A DNA stretch of 64,000 nt from NCBI RefSeq assembly GCF_963921235.1, contig NC_086097.1, positions 121,274,001 through 121,338,000 on the forward strand. The letters run 5' to 3'. The position numbers were made by a program, and so were the translations under genes. Of this stretch, positions 12,295 through 26,519 are shown piece by piece. Numbering within the stretch: position 1 is the first letter of the stretch; each line of letters opens with the position of its first letter. A model generated the notes under the pieces. It was given only the letters and a program-made list of their open reading frames with translations. It was not told the origin of the DNA and made no database searches. The stretch comes from Mobula hypostoma (taxonomy: Eukaryota).

Positions 12295-13787
12295 GTTAGC
12301 ACCATGTTTCCCTCGGCATTTTGCCCATTGTGTGTTTGCTACGTGGATCAGGAGGCTGGAAAAATATCCCCTGTGCAGTGAAGGAGTACCTTCATCTTGA
12401 AATCTTATCACAATGAGCTGAACCATGTCTCGAAAGTGTGACGATTCCATTAGAATTCTCTAATCAAAAACTGAAGGCATATAAAGCATATGATGTTATT
12501 CATCATCCAGACATGTGGCAACCCCTCTGGGAAAATTTGTATAATATTAAACACAAAGGACATTTGTATAGGGAGCAAACTCGTAATATAGAACTGTATC
12601 CTGAAAACTTTTGAAGTAAACTTTTGGTCTTCAAGTCAGTTACTTAGGGATTATTATTAATTGACAGCTTGATATTTGTATGCATTTCATGTTTGAAAGG
12701 ACAATCATTTACTCAAGATCACAGATGACAGTTCAATGGAAAATTAGGCTGTTGTTTTGATTTTTTGCAGGCAGTAATGTCACATGGTATTTGCCACTTG
12801 GAAACCTAGAGCTAACTTGCATCAAATTTTAACCAAATGAGAGTAAATCATTTATAAATCAAATCAGATCAAATCAAGTTTGGTTATCACTCAAGCCTTA
12901 ATAGACACAGCTAAATGAGACAGCTTCCTCTGTCCCGTTCAGCTGCAACTAAAAGAACCAAAAGAGAGAAGACGTTTGGAAATATATTCATTTCACTTTG
13001 GTGTTGAAAAGATGCCTTGGAGGACAGTGTGAATGTTAATTATACCACTGATAAGACCTGTCCAACAACCATCAAGCTCTTGAACAAAGGGGATAACTAC
13101 ACTCACTTGCCCATCCATTGAGATGTTCCCGCAACCAATAATCTCACTTTAAGGACTCTTTATCTTGTTATCTCAGGTTCTTGTTATTTATTTCTATTTG
13201 TATTTGCAGTTTGTTGTCTTCTGCACTCTAGCTGATCTTTCATTGATCCCTCTGTAGTTATTATTCTATAGATTTACTGTGTATGCCCGCAGGAAAATGA
13301 ATGTCAGGTTTGTATATGTACTTTGATAATAAAATTTACTTTGAACTTTGAACTTCAAAGTGAATCTTCTCCATTCCTTTTGAAGCAGACTGGTTTATCA
13401 TATATAGGACATATTTGCAATTTGGAGTAAATATATTTATTTCTTATTTCATTGCCATTTACGCTTGAGTCTACAGAGAAAAATGGTGCTGGAAATACAA
13501 CATCTTAAAGGCAAAGTGACAGAGGTATGAGGAAGTGCCAAAAAAAATAGCATATTAGAGCTGGGGAAAAGTCATAGTACCCCTGAACTGCAACACCAAT
13601 AATCACATCCCATTGATTAATTGGTTCATTAGCAAGAGTTGGCAGGCAATATTTTTGAGAGGGCACAGAATAGTTTTACCAGGATTGTAAACATAAAATA
13701 ATCTGCAGATGCTGTAAAAGATCAAAGCAACACTTTCAGTACGCTGGATGAACTCAGCAGGTCGGGCAGCATCAGTCAGAAACGATG

Positions 13788-13823
13788 AGTCGACGTTTCG
13801 GGCCGGAACCCTTCGTCAGGACT
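13788..13823 (-). ncRNA. Minimal hammerhead ribozyme motif
   Basis: Reverse complement reads agtc-CTGACGA-agggttccggccc-GAAA-c-GTC-gact. Confidence 0.8.
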
Positions 13824-14493
13824 GAAGAATGAAAGATGGGGAAGGATTTGAAGAATGCTTGTAGCGTCAGTTGAAAGACCAGTAATTTGAAAGACAAAGG
13901 GGTGGGAGAGGGGAAGCATCGACGTCATAGCCCTGAAAACAATGGGTGGTAGAAGAAGGAGGCGGAACCATGAGGGAGCTGTGGGAGGGGGGTAGAGTGA
14001 AATAGGGATAGAGGAAGGGAAGGGGAGGGAATTACCGGAAGTTGGAGAATTCTATGTTCATACCAAGGGGCTGGAGACTACCTAGACGGTATATGAGGTG
14101 TTGCTCCTCCAACCTGAGTTTAGCCTCATCATAGCAGTAGAGGAGGCCATGTATGGACATATCTGATTGGGGGACCGCTTCGTTGAGCACCTCCACTCTG
14201 TCCACCACAATAGACAGGATCTCCCGGTAGCCACCCACTTCAGCTCTGCTTCCCATTCCCATTCAGACCCACTCCAACTTCCGAAAATTCTCTCCCCCTC
14301 CCTTCCTCTATCCCTATTTCACTCTGCCCCTCCTCCAGCTCCCTCATGGTTCCGCCTCCTTCTTCTATCACCCATTGTTTTCAGGGCTATGATGTCAATA
14401 CTTCCCCTCCCCCACCCCTTTGTCTTTCAAATTACTGGTCTATCAACTGACGCTACAAGCATTCTTCAAATCCTTCCCCATCTTTCATTCTTC

Positions 14494-14529
14494 AGTCCTG
14501 ACGAAGGGTTCCAGCCCGAAACATCGACT
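14494..14529 (+). ncRNA. Minimal hammerhead ribozyme motif
   Basis: agtc-CTGACGA-agggttccagccc-GAAA-c-ATC-gact. Confidence 0.7.
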
Positions 14530-14894
14530 CATCGTTTCTGACTGATGCTGCCTGACCTGCTGAGTTCATCCAGCATACTGAAAGTTTTACCAGGATGCTG
14601 CCCAGATTTGTCAGCATGTCTTATGAGGATAGGTTGAGCAAGCTAGGGCTTTTCCCTTTGGAGAGAAGGAGGATGAAAGGTGACTTGATAGAGGTGTACA
14701 AGATGATAAGAGGCATAGACTAAGTAGATAGCCAGAGACTTTTTCTCAGACCAGAAATGGCTAATACAAGGGGGGGGGGCGTAACTTTAAGGTGTTTGGA
14801 GGAAAGTATATGAGGGATCTCAGAGGTAGACTGTACAGAAGACCGTAGATGTGTGAAATGTGCTACGAGGGGTAGCAATAGAGGCAGATACATG

Positions 14895-16441
14895 GAACAT
14901 AGAACATAGAATAGTACAGCACATTACAGGCCCTTCAGCCCACAATGTTGTGCCGACCCTCAAAACCTGCCTCCCATATAACCCCCCACCTTAAATTCCT
15001 CCATATACCTGTCTCTAGTAGTCTCTTAAACTTCACTAGTGTATCTGCCTCCACCACTGACTCAGGCAGTGCATTCCAGGCACCAACCACTCTCTGAGTA
15101 AAAAACCTTCCTCTAATATCCCCCTTGAACTTCCCACCCCTTACCTTAAAGCCATGTCCTCTTGTATTGAGCAGTGGTGCCCTGGGGAAGAGGCGCTGGC
15201 TATCCACTCTATCTATTCCTCTTATTATCTTGTACACCTCTATCAAGTCTCCTCTCATCCTCCTTCTCTCCAAAGAGTAAAGCCCTAGCTCCCTTAATCT
15301 CTGATCATAATCCATACTTTCTAAACCAGGCAGCATCCTGGTAAATCTCCTCTGTACCCTTTCCAATGCTTCCACATCCTTCCTATAGTGAGGCAACCAG
15401 AACTGGACACAGTACTCCAAGTGTGACCTAACCAGCGTTTTATAGAGCTGCATCATTACATCGTGACTCTTAAACTCTATCCCTCGACTTATGAAAGCTA
15501 ACACCCCATAAGCTTTCTTAACTACCCTATCCACCTGTGAGGCAACTTTCAGGGATCTGTGGACATGTACCCCGAGATCCCTCTGCTCCTCCACACTACC
15601 AAGTATCCTGCCATTTACTTTGTACTCTGCCTTGGAGTTTGTCCTTCCAAAATGTACCACCTCACACTCCTCCAGGTTGAACTCCATCTGCCACTTCTCA
15701 GCCCACTTCTGCAACCTATAATGTCTCTCTGCAATCTTCGACTATCCTCTACACTATCTACAACCCCACCAACCTTTGTGTCATCTGCAAACTTGCCAAC
15801 CCACCCTTCTACCCCCACATCCAGGTCGTTAATAAAAATCACGAAAAGTAGAGGTCCCAGAACAGATCCTTGTGGGACACTACTAGTCACAATCCTCCAA
15901 TATGAATGTACTCCCTCCACCATGACCCTTTGCTTTCTGCAGGCAAGCCAATTCTGAATCCACCTGGCCAAACTTCCCTGGATCCCATGCCTTCTGACTT
16001 TCTGAATAAACCTACCATGTGGAACCTTGTCAAATGCCTTACTAAAATCCATATAGATCACATCCACTGCACTACCCTCATCTATACGTCTGGTCACCTC
16101 CTCAAAGAACTCTATCAGGCTTGTTAGACACGATCTGCCCTTCAGAAAGCCATGTTGACTGTCCCTGATCAGACCATGATTCTCTAAATGCCCATAGATC
16201 CTATCTCTAAGAATCTTTTCCAACAGCCTTCCCACCACAGACGTAAGGCTCATTGGTCTATAATTACCCGGACTATCCCTACTACCTTTTTTGAACAAGG
16301 GGACAACATTTGCCTCCCTCCAATCCTCCGGTACCATTCCTGTGGACAACGAGGACATAAAGATCCTAGCCAGAGGCTCAGCAATCTCTTCCCTCGCCTC
16401 GTGGAGCAGCCTGGGAATATTCCATCAGGCCCCGGGGACTT
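14895..16441 (-). mobile_element. Young 5'-truncated CR1 LINE (RT domain) nested in an older + strand CR1 (about 14586-16580)
   Basis: ORFs 15615-16358 and 14935-15714 ([26 protein letters not shown]) with one frameshift; (tatgttc)n tail. Confidence 0.95.
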
Positions 16442-16979
16442 ACATTTAAGAGACTCTTAGATAGGTACATGGAAAGAAAAGCAGAGGGCTATGTGGAGTG
16501 AAGTTTAGATTGATCTAGGTTAAAGGGTTTGCAGAACATTATGGGCGAAAGGGCCTGTATGTGCTGTAATGTTCTTTATTCTCAACAGAGATGATTTAAA
16601 GGTTCCTGCACTGCTTAGATTCAACGTGCACTTCATAAAATGTTGGCTGAGTAGGTGCTGGTAGTCATACCAAAGATATCAGTGTTTTGAAATGATCTTT
16701 ATGGATGGCATGCAGATCTAAGAATTTCAAAACATTTTTCTACATGTGACAATAATAAACTAAATTAATTCCAAACGAGTGAAAGCACTGGAGGGTAGGG
16801 ACATCATGTTTTGGGAGCCTGCACTCTCAATCACAATGGAGGACGTGTAATGTAGGATTGACACTGTCGTCCCTGGAGGCTTAGATGACAATGGGTGCAG
16901 ATAACCTAGATGTCAAGGTTGAGAAAGAAAAGCCTCCAGAAATTCAGTGACCTCTTTACAGTCGTCAGTCTTAGTAAAT

Positions 16980-17530
16980 CACATTTTGTGCGGCACCTTG
17001 TCAAAGACCTCCTGAAAATCCAAATAAACATCCACTTACTCTCCTTTGTCTAGCCTGCTTTTTACTTGCTCAAAGAACTCCAAAAGATTTGGGAGGCAAG
17101 ACTTCCCTTTAAGAAAACCATGCTGACTTTGGCTAATTTTACCATGTGCCTCCAAGTACCCTGAGACCTCATCCTTAATAATCGACTCCAACATCTTCCC
17201 AACCACTGTCAGACTAATTGCCTTTCTTCTGCCCCCTCCCTTCTTGAAGAGTGAAGTGACATTTGCAATTTCCCATTCTTCCAGAATCATTCTAGAATCT
17301 AGTGATTCTTGAAGTAAAGGAAACTAGCCTACAATTTATGCCTATAATTTCCTGTACTTTACCTCTCTCCCTTTAAGTGTGGAGTGTCATTTGGACTTTG
17401 CCAATCTTCTGGAACCATTTCAGAAACAAGTGATTCTTAAAAAATCACTACTAATGCCTGCACAATCTCTTTACCTACCTCTTTTAAAACTCTGGGATGT
17501 AGTCCATCTGGCCCAGGTGAGTTATCTACC
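16980..17530 (-). mobile_element. CR1 RT fragments
   Basis: ANVTSLFKKG...[13 protein letters not shown] motif. Confidence 0.75.
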
Positions 17531-18019
17531 TATAAATGTTGACTCATCACTTTTTCCATAGATGCTGCTTTACTGGTTGAGTTCCTCCAGTTTTTCAGTT
17601 TCTTTTTCAGAGTCCAGCATTTGCATTTTCATCTGTTTTGAACAGTGCTCACGATCTCCCTCTCCCTGCAGAAAAGGTGGCACAGAACTGAATACACTAG
17701 AAGCGAAATAGAAACGCACATCATCATTATAACTCCCACAGTGAGACAGGTGTTGCTGAGATTGTCAACAATTGCAAGGGTGAGATGATCAAAGATGAAG
17801 TTTTCCTCATACCTTAATTGTATTTTCCTCGATGTCAGATTCAGATTCAGGTTTTTTTTAATCACATGTGCTTCAAAACATACAGAGAAATGTATAATTT
17901 GCATCAACAACCAATACAACCTAATGTTGTGCTGGGGGCAGTCGACACGTGTCACCAGAACAGGCTCACAATGCTCACAGAACACAACAAGCAACAAAAC
18001 AGCAACAGCAAAGCAAAAC

Positions 18020-18975
18020 CAACGCACACAAAATGCTGGAGGAGCTCAGCAGGTCAGGTGGCATCCATAGAAATTGATATTCAGTCAACATTTCAGGCCA
18101 TGACCTTCTTCAGGATTGAAAAGGGAGGGGGAGATGGCAGAATAAAAAGGTGGTGGGCGAGGAAGGAGGATAACTGGAGGGTGAAGCCAGGAGGGTGCGA
18201 AAGATGAAGGGCTGATGAAGAAGGAATCTGATAGGAGAGGAGGGTGAACCATAGGAGAAACAGAAAGAGAAGTGGAAAGTGAGTAAGAAGAGGTAAAAGT
18301 AGGGAATAGAGGAAGAAGAGAGGGGGAGAGGAGGGAAAAACTTTAACTGGAAGAAGAAATTGGTATTCATGCCATCAGGCTAGAGGCGACCTTGATAGAA
18401 TATAAGGTGTTGCTCCTCCAACCTTGGCACGAGAGGAGGCCATGGACCGACAAGTCGGAATAGGAATGGGAATCAGAATTAAATTGTTTGGCCACTGGGA
18501 AGTTCCGCTTATGGTAGAAAGAGTGAAGGTACTCATCGAAGCAGTCCCCCAATTTACAAGGGGTCTCACCTGTGTAGAGGAGGCTGCATCCGGAGCACTG
18601 GACACAATACACGACCTCAGCAGATTCACTGTAGAAGTGTTACCTCACCTGGAAGGACTGTTTAGGGACCCTAAATGGAGGTGAGGGAGGTGGGTGAATG
18701 GGCAGATGTAGCACTTTGCCCACTTGCAGGAATAAGTATCGTGAGTGAGAATAGTGGGGAGGGATGAATCGACAAGGGAATCACGGAGGGAGCGATCCCT
18801 GCAGAAAGTGCAGAGAGGGAGGGAGGTAGAGATATGTTTAGTGGTGGGATCCCTTTGGAGACGGCAGACATCGTGGAGGATAATGTGTTGAATGTGGAGG
18901 CTGCTGTAATGGGAGGTAAGGAAAAGAGAAACGATGGGGTGAGCACAGATATTTGAGAAATAGAGGAGATGTAGG
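18020..18975 (-). mobile_element. Penelope-like element 3' part (GIY-YIG endonuclease remnant)
   Basis: YCVQCSGCSLLYTGET...LGDCFDEYL...PVAKQFNS; degraded hammerhead near 18083-18116. Confidence 0.85.
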
Positions 18976-19429
18976 TGGGGATGGCAATAGATGCCCCATT
19001 CCTCCCCAGTGGACTCACAGAGACTTGCAGATCCAGGCTTCTTCAAATTTATAGATTTCCGATCGACCTTCGGACTTTGACCTTTGTTCTTGACCCCGGA
19101 CTTGCTGATAGCAATGAATGTAGACCATTGATGAGGAACTTAAAAATTAGGCCTCGAACTCTGCCGTCACTGACTCATATACCTAGGGGTCACCGTCTCT
19201 TGGGCATCCTGCCCACATTGAACTCCGATCCTAAAAGACATTGATCTGTTGGGGACTGCTAGTCCTCAATCTCACTGGTCTGCTGGCACAACATCTAGCC
19301 ATAGATGTCTCTCTTCCATGTCACTGGCCTTCAAACATGGAGCAGAGGCCTAGACTCCAGCCAGACCTCTAATTTCCCTACATCCCTCTCCCAAAACCCT
19401 AACTTGGCCCTTAACAGTGCTGAAAATGA

Positions 19430-20060
19430 GCGGACTAAAAGCTTCAGATTACTAGGAGTGAATATCAGCAATAGCCTGTTCTGATCCAGCCACTTTGACA
19501 CCGGGATCAAGAGATCACACTAGCACCTCTACTTCATGTACCGAGCAGTGAGTAGGCTAAAGAGATTTGTCATGTCTCCATTGATCCTCACTAATTTGTA
19601 TCAATGCGCCATGGAAACCATTCTCACAAGCTGCATCACAATTTGGTATAGCAATGGCTCTGCCCAAGACTGTGAAGAACAGTAAAGAGATATGGACATC
19701 ACAGAAACCAGCCTCCCATATGTGGACTCTGACTATACTTACTACTGCCTCGGTAAAGTGGCCAGCATAATCAAAGACACTACCCAACCCAGACATTCTC
19801 TCTTCTCTCCTTCCCACTGGGCAGCAGATACAGAAGCCTGAAAGCACATACCAGCAGGCTCAAGGACAGCTTCTACTCTGGTGTTGTAAGATAATTGAAT
19901 GGTCTCCTAGTACATTAAGATGGATATTTAATCCCATAGTCTGCCTCATTATGGCATTTCGTGTTATTTTCTGCATGTACTGCATGTACTCTGTAACCTG
20001 TAGCACTTTATTCTGCGTTCAGTTATAGTTTTCCCTTCTACTACCTCAATTAAGTTATCT
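19430..20060 (+). mobile_element. Old Rex1/Babar-like LINE 3' fragment
   Basis: Degenerate F.LLGV.IS..L.W...NLYQCAMETILT.CITIWY motifs. Confidence 0.55.
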
Positions 20061-21784
20061 GTATGATCCTCACTAACGAGCAACTCACTGTTCGGGTAGA
20101 CCAGCAGTACTTGAAGACCTTAATGTACACCAGTGCTCTTGCAATCATAAAAATGATGTTTAAAAAAAGACAAAAGACACCTTTGTTTGGCCCCAGGGAG
20201 GCCGCTAAGTCCAAGAATGCGGCCACCTTACCAGAAGCTTTTCTGCCGCCCATCTGATAGCAACTTAATCCGATGATGTTTTGTGACGATGGTTGACTGG
20301 GATGAAGAAGGATTGAGGTGTACAAGATAATAGGAGACACACATTGTGTGGATAGCCAGAGACTTTTCTTTCTCAGAGCGGGAATAGCTAAAACGAGGAG
20401 GCAAAATTTTAATGTGATTTGAGGAAATTATGGGGGGGGGGCATATCAGAGATAAGCTTTTTTTTTACACAGAGTGGTGAGTGAGTGAAATGTGCTGGCA
20501 GGGGTGTTGGTAGAGGCAGATACATTAGGGGCATTTCAGAAACTCTTAAGTCGGCATATGTTGTAGATGTTAGAATAAATGGAGGGCTGTGTAGAAGAGA
20601 GGGTTAGATTGATCTTAGAATAGGTTAAAAGCTCAGCACAACATTGCGGGCCGAAGGGCCGGAGGTACTGTCCTGTAGCATTCTATGTCCTATGTTCCAA
20701 GAGGATGTTCCATATAACATCTGTCCAGAATATTAACAAGCTGTATTTTTGTGTGACGATCAATGCCAAAGAGGAGACAATGTGTCCGGGGGTTGGAGGC
20801 TGCAGTTATGGTGGGTGACACATCCAGAGTCTTTGTGTGCTGCCCATCTGGAAAGGATGAGCTAGCTGCCCCCACCTTTCCTCCTCAGTTCCTCCCTCAC
20901 AGCAGGTGGCAAAGACGATTCGAGAATTGAGTAACAAGCCAGAAAAATTCAACTAGCAACGCATCAAGGGAGTTGAGGATCTTTCATATAATCCCCCCAA
21001 TGGTCTGTTTGTACTAAACATAATGTTAAACAATATCACTTCCAGAGCTCCTATCTTCAAAAATTGGTGTTATTTAATAACAGTTATAGTGTTGGTCAAC
21101 ATTGCCACCCAGCACTCAGTGTTCTCACCAATATGGCATCTCACAACAATGACAAAGGCGTACGCATGTATGCACCTTCAGCTCGGCTGATCATCACCTC
21201 TTCTAATGACCTTCCTCCTTACCTTTATCCCATGGTCCACTGCCCTGTCCTATCAGATTCCTTCTTCTTCAACCCGTTACCTCTTCCACCTAGTTAGATA
21301 TGGCCCTTGTGGCTAGGGGGATCAGAGGGTATGGAGGGAAGGCTGGTGCAGGGTTCTGAGTTGGATGATCAGCCATGATCATAATAAATGGCGGTGCAGG
21401 CTCGAAGGGCCGAGTGGCCTACTCCTGCACCTATTTTCTATGTTTTCTATCACCTCCCAGCTTCTCACTTCATCCCCCCTTCCCCCACCCAACCTACCTT
21501 CCTCCTCCCCTAATTTCACCTATCACTGCCAGCTTATATGCCCTCTCCCCCTCCCACTTTCTTGTTCTGACTTCTTCACCCTTCATTTCCAGTCCTGATG
21601 AAGGATCTCAGCCTGAAATATCAACTGTTTATTCCTTTCCAAATATGCTACCTGACCTGGTAAATTCCTTCAGCATTTTGTGTGTGTTGCTCTGGATTTC
21701 CAGCATCTGCAGAATCTTTTGCATCTATGTGTACATTTCTTTGATGTCATCTTAACAGTTGGCATCTATTGTACAAAAGACTAT

Positions 21785-22500
21785 AAGACTAGAAGACATA
21801 GGAACAAGGTTAGGCCATTTGATCTATTCGGTCTGCTCTGTCATTCTATCTTGCTTGATTTATTTATCTCAACACCATTCTCCCACCTTCTGCCTGTAAC
21901 CTTTGACACCCTTACAAATCAAAAAACTATCAATCTCCATTTGAAGTATATCCAATGACTTGGCCTCCACAGCGGTCTGTGGCAATGAATTCCACAGTTT
22001 CACCACTCTATGGCTATAGAACCTCCTCCTCATCTCTGTTCTAAAAGGACATCCTGGTATTCTGAGGCTGTGTGCTCTGGTCCTAGACTCCCCCACCACA
22101 GGAAACATTCTCTCCACATCCACTCTATCGAGGACATTCAATATTTGAAAGTTTTCAATGAGATCCCCTCTCATTCTTCTAAACTCCAGCAAGTACAGGC
22201 CCAAAGTCATCAAATGCTCCTCATATGTTAACCCTTTTGTTCCATGGATCATTCCCATAAACCTCCTCCGGACTTCCTCGAATGCAGCACATCCCTTCTT
22301 TAATAGGGGTCTCAAAACTGTTCACAAATATTCCGTGTGGTCTGACCACCCTTGCTTTTACATTCCTATCCTCTCAAAATGAATGCTAACTTTGCATTTG
22401 CCTTCCTCACTACCAACTCAACCTTCAAGTTAACCTTAACGAAATCCGGCATGGGGACTCCCAAGTCCCTTTGCAACTCTGATTTCTGAATTTGCTCCCA
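21785..22500 (-). mobile_element. CR1 3' fragment
   Basis: ORF 21869-22315, CR1 ORF2 C-terminus. Confidence 0.85.
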
Positions 22501-25500
22501 AATAAAATTAGACTCAAGTATTTCAATGAAACTTTCTAATACTCCATGCAGAGCTCTTTACACTGGAGAGGTGCTTAAGGTGTTTTAATCATTTATAACA
22601 GTAGAAAGATGAGAATTAGAATAATTACGGGCATATTTAATCAGACATGACACTCTATGTCTGTAACTTAGCATTCCTCTTGTGCTAGTTACTGCAGCAT
22701 GGCACAGCCGCTTCTGAGGAGAGCCATTTTATGAAATAATATTTTCCCTTGTGACCTCGACAAATATTGTATTATTCTTTTCATGTCTTGCTTTAAGAGT
22801 GGATTTCTTCAGGGAGGAAGTACAGATATTATAATAGAGTCCATGCACTCCACTACATAATCAGAAAAAAAATCACAATACAATCACAATTCCTTGGCAT
22901 AAGTTACTTGGAACTGTTCTTTTAAGTACTCCAAATAACATTATTGTGCTCTTGGCTTATTTTATGTTGTAATAAGGCAGACACAACGACTGTACACAAA
23001 ATTCTTCTACAAGGCAATTGCAACTGATAACTTAGAGGGAAGGTTTGCGAGTGCTGCTCAGGGGTGTTTAAACTTGAGTTACAGGGGGATGGGAACCAGA
23101 GCACCTGAGCAGATAGTGGTGTTGTTGTGGAGAAAGATGCTGGTAAACCTACATACAAAGTCAGGAATCAAAAGGTCAAGCATGGTGGGACTAATGTTCT
23201 GAGCTGCATATATTTCAATGCAAGGAGTATTACAGGAAAGGCGGAGAATTTAGATTATGGATCAGCATGTGGAATTATGACACTGTAGCCATTAATCAGA
23301 CTTAGTTGCAGGAGGGGCAGGGATAGCAGCTTAATATTCCAGAGTTTCATTGTTTCAGACCTGATAGTGTGGGAGGGATTAGAAGGGGAGAGGTGCCATT
23401 ACTAGTTAGGGAAAATGTTATAGCAGTATTCAGTCAAGGCAAACTGGACAGCTCATCTAGTTAGGCTTTATGGGTAGAACTGAGGAATAAGAAAGGTATG
23501 ACCACATTAATAGGATAATATTATAGACCACACAACAGTCTCTGGGGTTTAGAGGAGCAAATTGGTAGAGGTCGTAGACTGTTGCAAAAAACATAAGGTT
23601 ATGATAGAAGGTGATTTTAACTTTCCACATACTCACTGGAACTCCCATACTAGAAAAGGGTTGGATGGGAAAGAGTTTGTCAAATATGTTCAAGAAATTT
23701 TCCTTAATCAGTAAATAAATGTCCCGGCTAGAGAGAGGGTGATACTAGATCTCCTATAAGGAAATGAGACAGGGAAGGTGACAGAAGTTTGTGTAGGGGA
23801 ACACTTTGCATGTAATGACCATAATGCCATTAGTTTCCAGGTAATTATGGAAAAGGATAAATCTGGTCCTCAGGTTGAGATTCTAAACTGGAAAAAAAGT
23901 CAATTTTGATGGTATCAGAAAGGACCTGGCAAGTGTGGATTATGAAAGCTTATTTTCTGACAAAGGTGTACTTGGTAAGTGGGAGGCCTTCAGTAGTGAA
24001 ACTTTGAGAGGACAGAATTTATGTGTTCCTGTCAGAATAAAAGGCACAGAAAACAGGTTTTGGTTGCTCTAGCAGACAAGGTAAGGGAGAATCGTAAGGG
24101 CTTCAACAGATATATTAAGAACAAAAGAACAGCAAAGGACAAAATTGATCCTCTGGTAGATCTGAGTGGTCATTTATGCAAGGAGCTAAAAGAGGTGAGG
24201 AAGATCTTAAATGGATTTTTTGCATCTGTATTTACTTGGGAGACAGACACAGAGTCTACAGAAGTGAGGCAAAGCAGCAGCGAGGTCATGAACCCTGTGC
24301 TGATTACAGAGGAGGAAGTGATTGCTGTCTTGAGCAAATTAGGTTGAATAAATCCACAGAGCATGACAAGATGTTCCCTTGGATCCTGAGGGAGGCTATT
24401 GCGGAAATTGCAGGGGCCCTAGCAGAGATATTTAAAACTTCCTTAGCCACAGGTAAGGTGCCGGAGGATGGGAGGATAACTAATGTTGTTCAGTTCTTTA
24501 AGAAAGGCTCCAAGAATATGCCAGGAAATTATAGGCCAATGAGCCTGACATCAGTAATGGGAAATGTATTGGAAGGTATTCTAAAAGACCAGATATGTAA
24601 GTCTCTGGATAGACAGAGACTGATTTTGGATAGTCAACATAGCTTTGTGTGTAGTAAGTCACGTCTAACCAATCTTACAGATTTTTCAAGGAAGTTAGCA
24701 GGAAAGTTAATGAAGGAAGGCAGTGGATGATGTCTACATAAACTTTAACAAGGCCTTTGACAAGGTTCTGCATGGGAGATTTCAAGAAGTTTCAATGTCT
24801 TGGCATTCAAGATGAGATAGTAAATTGGATTGGACTTTGGCTTTGTGGGAGAAGCCAAAGTGTTATATTTAATACTTCAGTAATATTTGAATAATCCTTT
24901 ATATATATTGGTATTAAGTATATATTAAGTATTTTTGTTCATTTAAATAATTCATATTGGGTTATATGAAATTAAGGTATTATGGTACATGAAAAGCATA
25001 CGTCAACATACTGCAGCGTGATATATGTGTGGTTCCTTTAAAGTAAACTCAAAGTTAGACTCGCAATTTGAACCTTAGTGTTTACTTTTGAATTAGTTTA
25101 ATGATTTGAAGTTACAAAATGTAATGGTGGTGATGAGGTGTTTCTAAAAACAAACCTGAAACAGCTACCAACCTGTTGAAGTGCGGTGAGATGGGTGAGT
25201 TAATAAAAGCACAGTGAGTAACGGTTGAGTTAAAAAGAAAGCGGCAAAGTATGTGCAGAGAGTCGTTAAAAAAGTCAGAAAAGAGAAGATTTCACAAGTT
25301 CATAAAGAGTGGGTACTGGGTGACATGAATCATAAAAGAAAGCAGAAATGGCTGGGTACATCAGAACTTATGATGTGTTTGATTGCTTAAAGGGTAACTG
25401 GCTTATGTATACTGAGCTAACCAAACAGTATTTTGAAGCAAATGAAAGAGTCAAAGAGAAATAAGTACCAGTTTTGATGAGTGCATTGGATTTTGTTGAT

Positions 25501-26519
25501 ATTGGGAAAGCAATGCAGGAATATTTAGAACTGAAGGCATTGCTGATTGAAAAATGCTTTTGGTTTCATAACTGGAATAAAAAGGAAGGGGGATCCATTT
25601 CAGTGTATGTGGCTGAATTGAAGAAATTATCTGACCGTTATCTGTTCAATGATGGGCTTAATAATGCACTGAGAGATTGTTTAGTTTGTGGAATCTTACA
25701 AGAAAGCATTCAAAAATAGCTTCTAACTAAAGCACAGTCTACATTTAAAAGAGCAGTAGAAATAGCTGTATCAATGGAAAATGCAGACAGAAACACAAAT
25801 GAGTTGCAGTCAGCAATACAAGTGAATATGAACAAAGTTGAAACATCTAAACAGAAACTGCCTGGCCAAACAAATTGTGTTACCATTGTGGCAGGGGCTC
25901 ATATACACCTGGCCAATGAAAATTTAAAGATGAAACTTGGAGAAAATTCAACGAAGTAGGATATGTATGAAGAGAATGTCAGATAGACAAAAATAAATGG
26001 ACTGCACAGAGAAAAGAAAAAGGTAAAAATTCAAGTTGCAGTTTATAAAAGAGCACTAATCTGCATGCTATTGATGATAGTGATGAGAGTTACACAGGAT
26101 TGGTGGGTACCCTTGAGATTTACAACATGAATACAAGCAATAGACAGGCAATATGGCTTACACCAAAAGTGAATGGTAAATTAATTTAAATGGAATTGGA
26201 TACTGACTGGGCTGTTTCAGTTATTTCCACCAGATGAGTTTCAATGGCATTTCAGAGATACTAAACTGAAGCCTGCAGATATTCAACTGAGAACTTATAC
26301 TGGAGAAAAGATAACTCATGTGGGAATGACATTCGTAACAGTGAAATACAACAGCCAACAAGCCACATTGGGCTTATAGTTGGTAAAAACAGGAGGACCA
26401 TCATTGTGGGTTGTAAGTGCCTGAGACAACTATAACTTGATTGGAGGCCCATCCAATCTGCATACTACGTCCTTGCAATGAATCCACCTGAAAGTAAATC
26501 AAGAAAGGTAGTGGATGAT

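Larger units (their letters stand above)
13686..14585. mobile_element. Foldback Penelope-like insertion with GIY-YIG C-terminal remnants and two hammerhead motifs
   Basis: Inverted arms at about 13732-14047 and 14272-14585. Peptides LGDRFVEHL..PVATHF (+) and LEEQHLIYRLGSLQPLGMNIEF (-). TSD agttttaccaggat. Confidence 0.9.
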
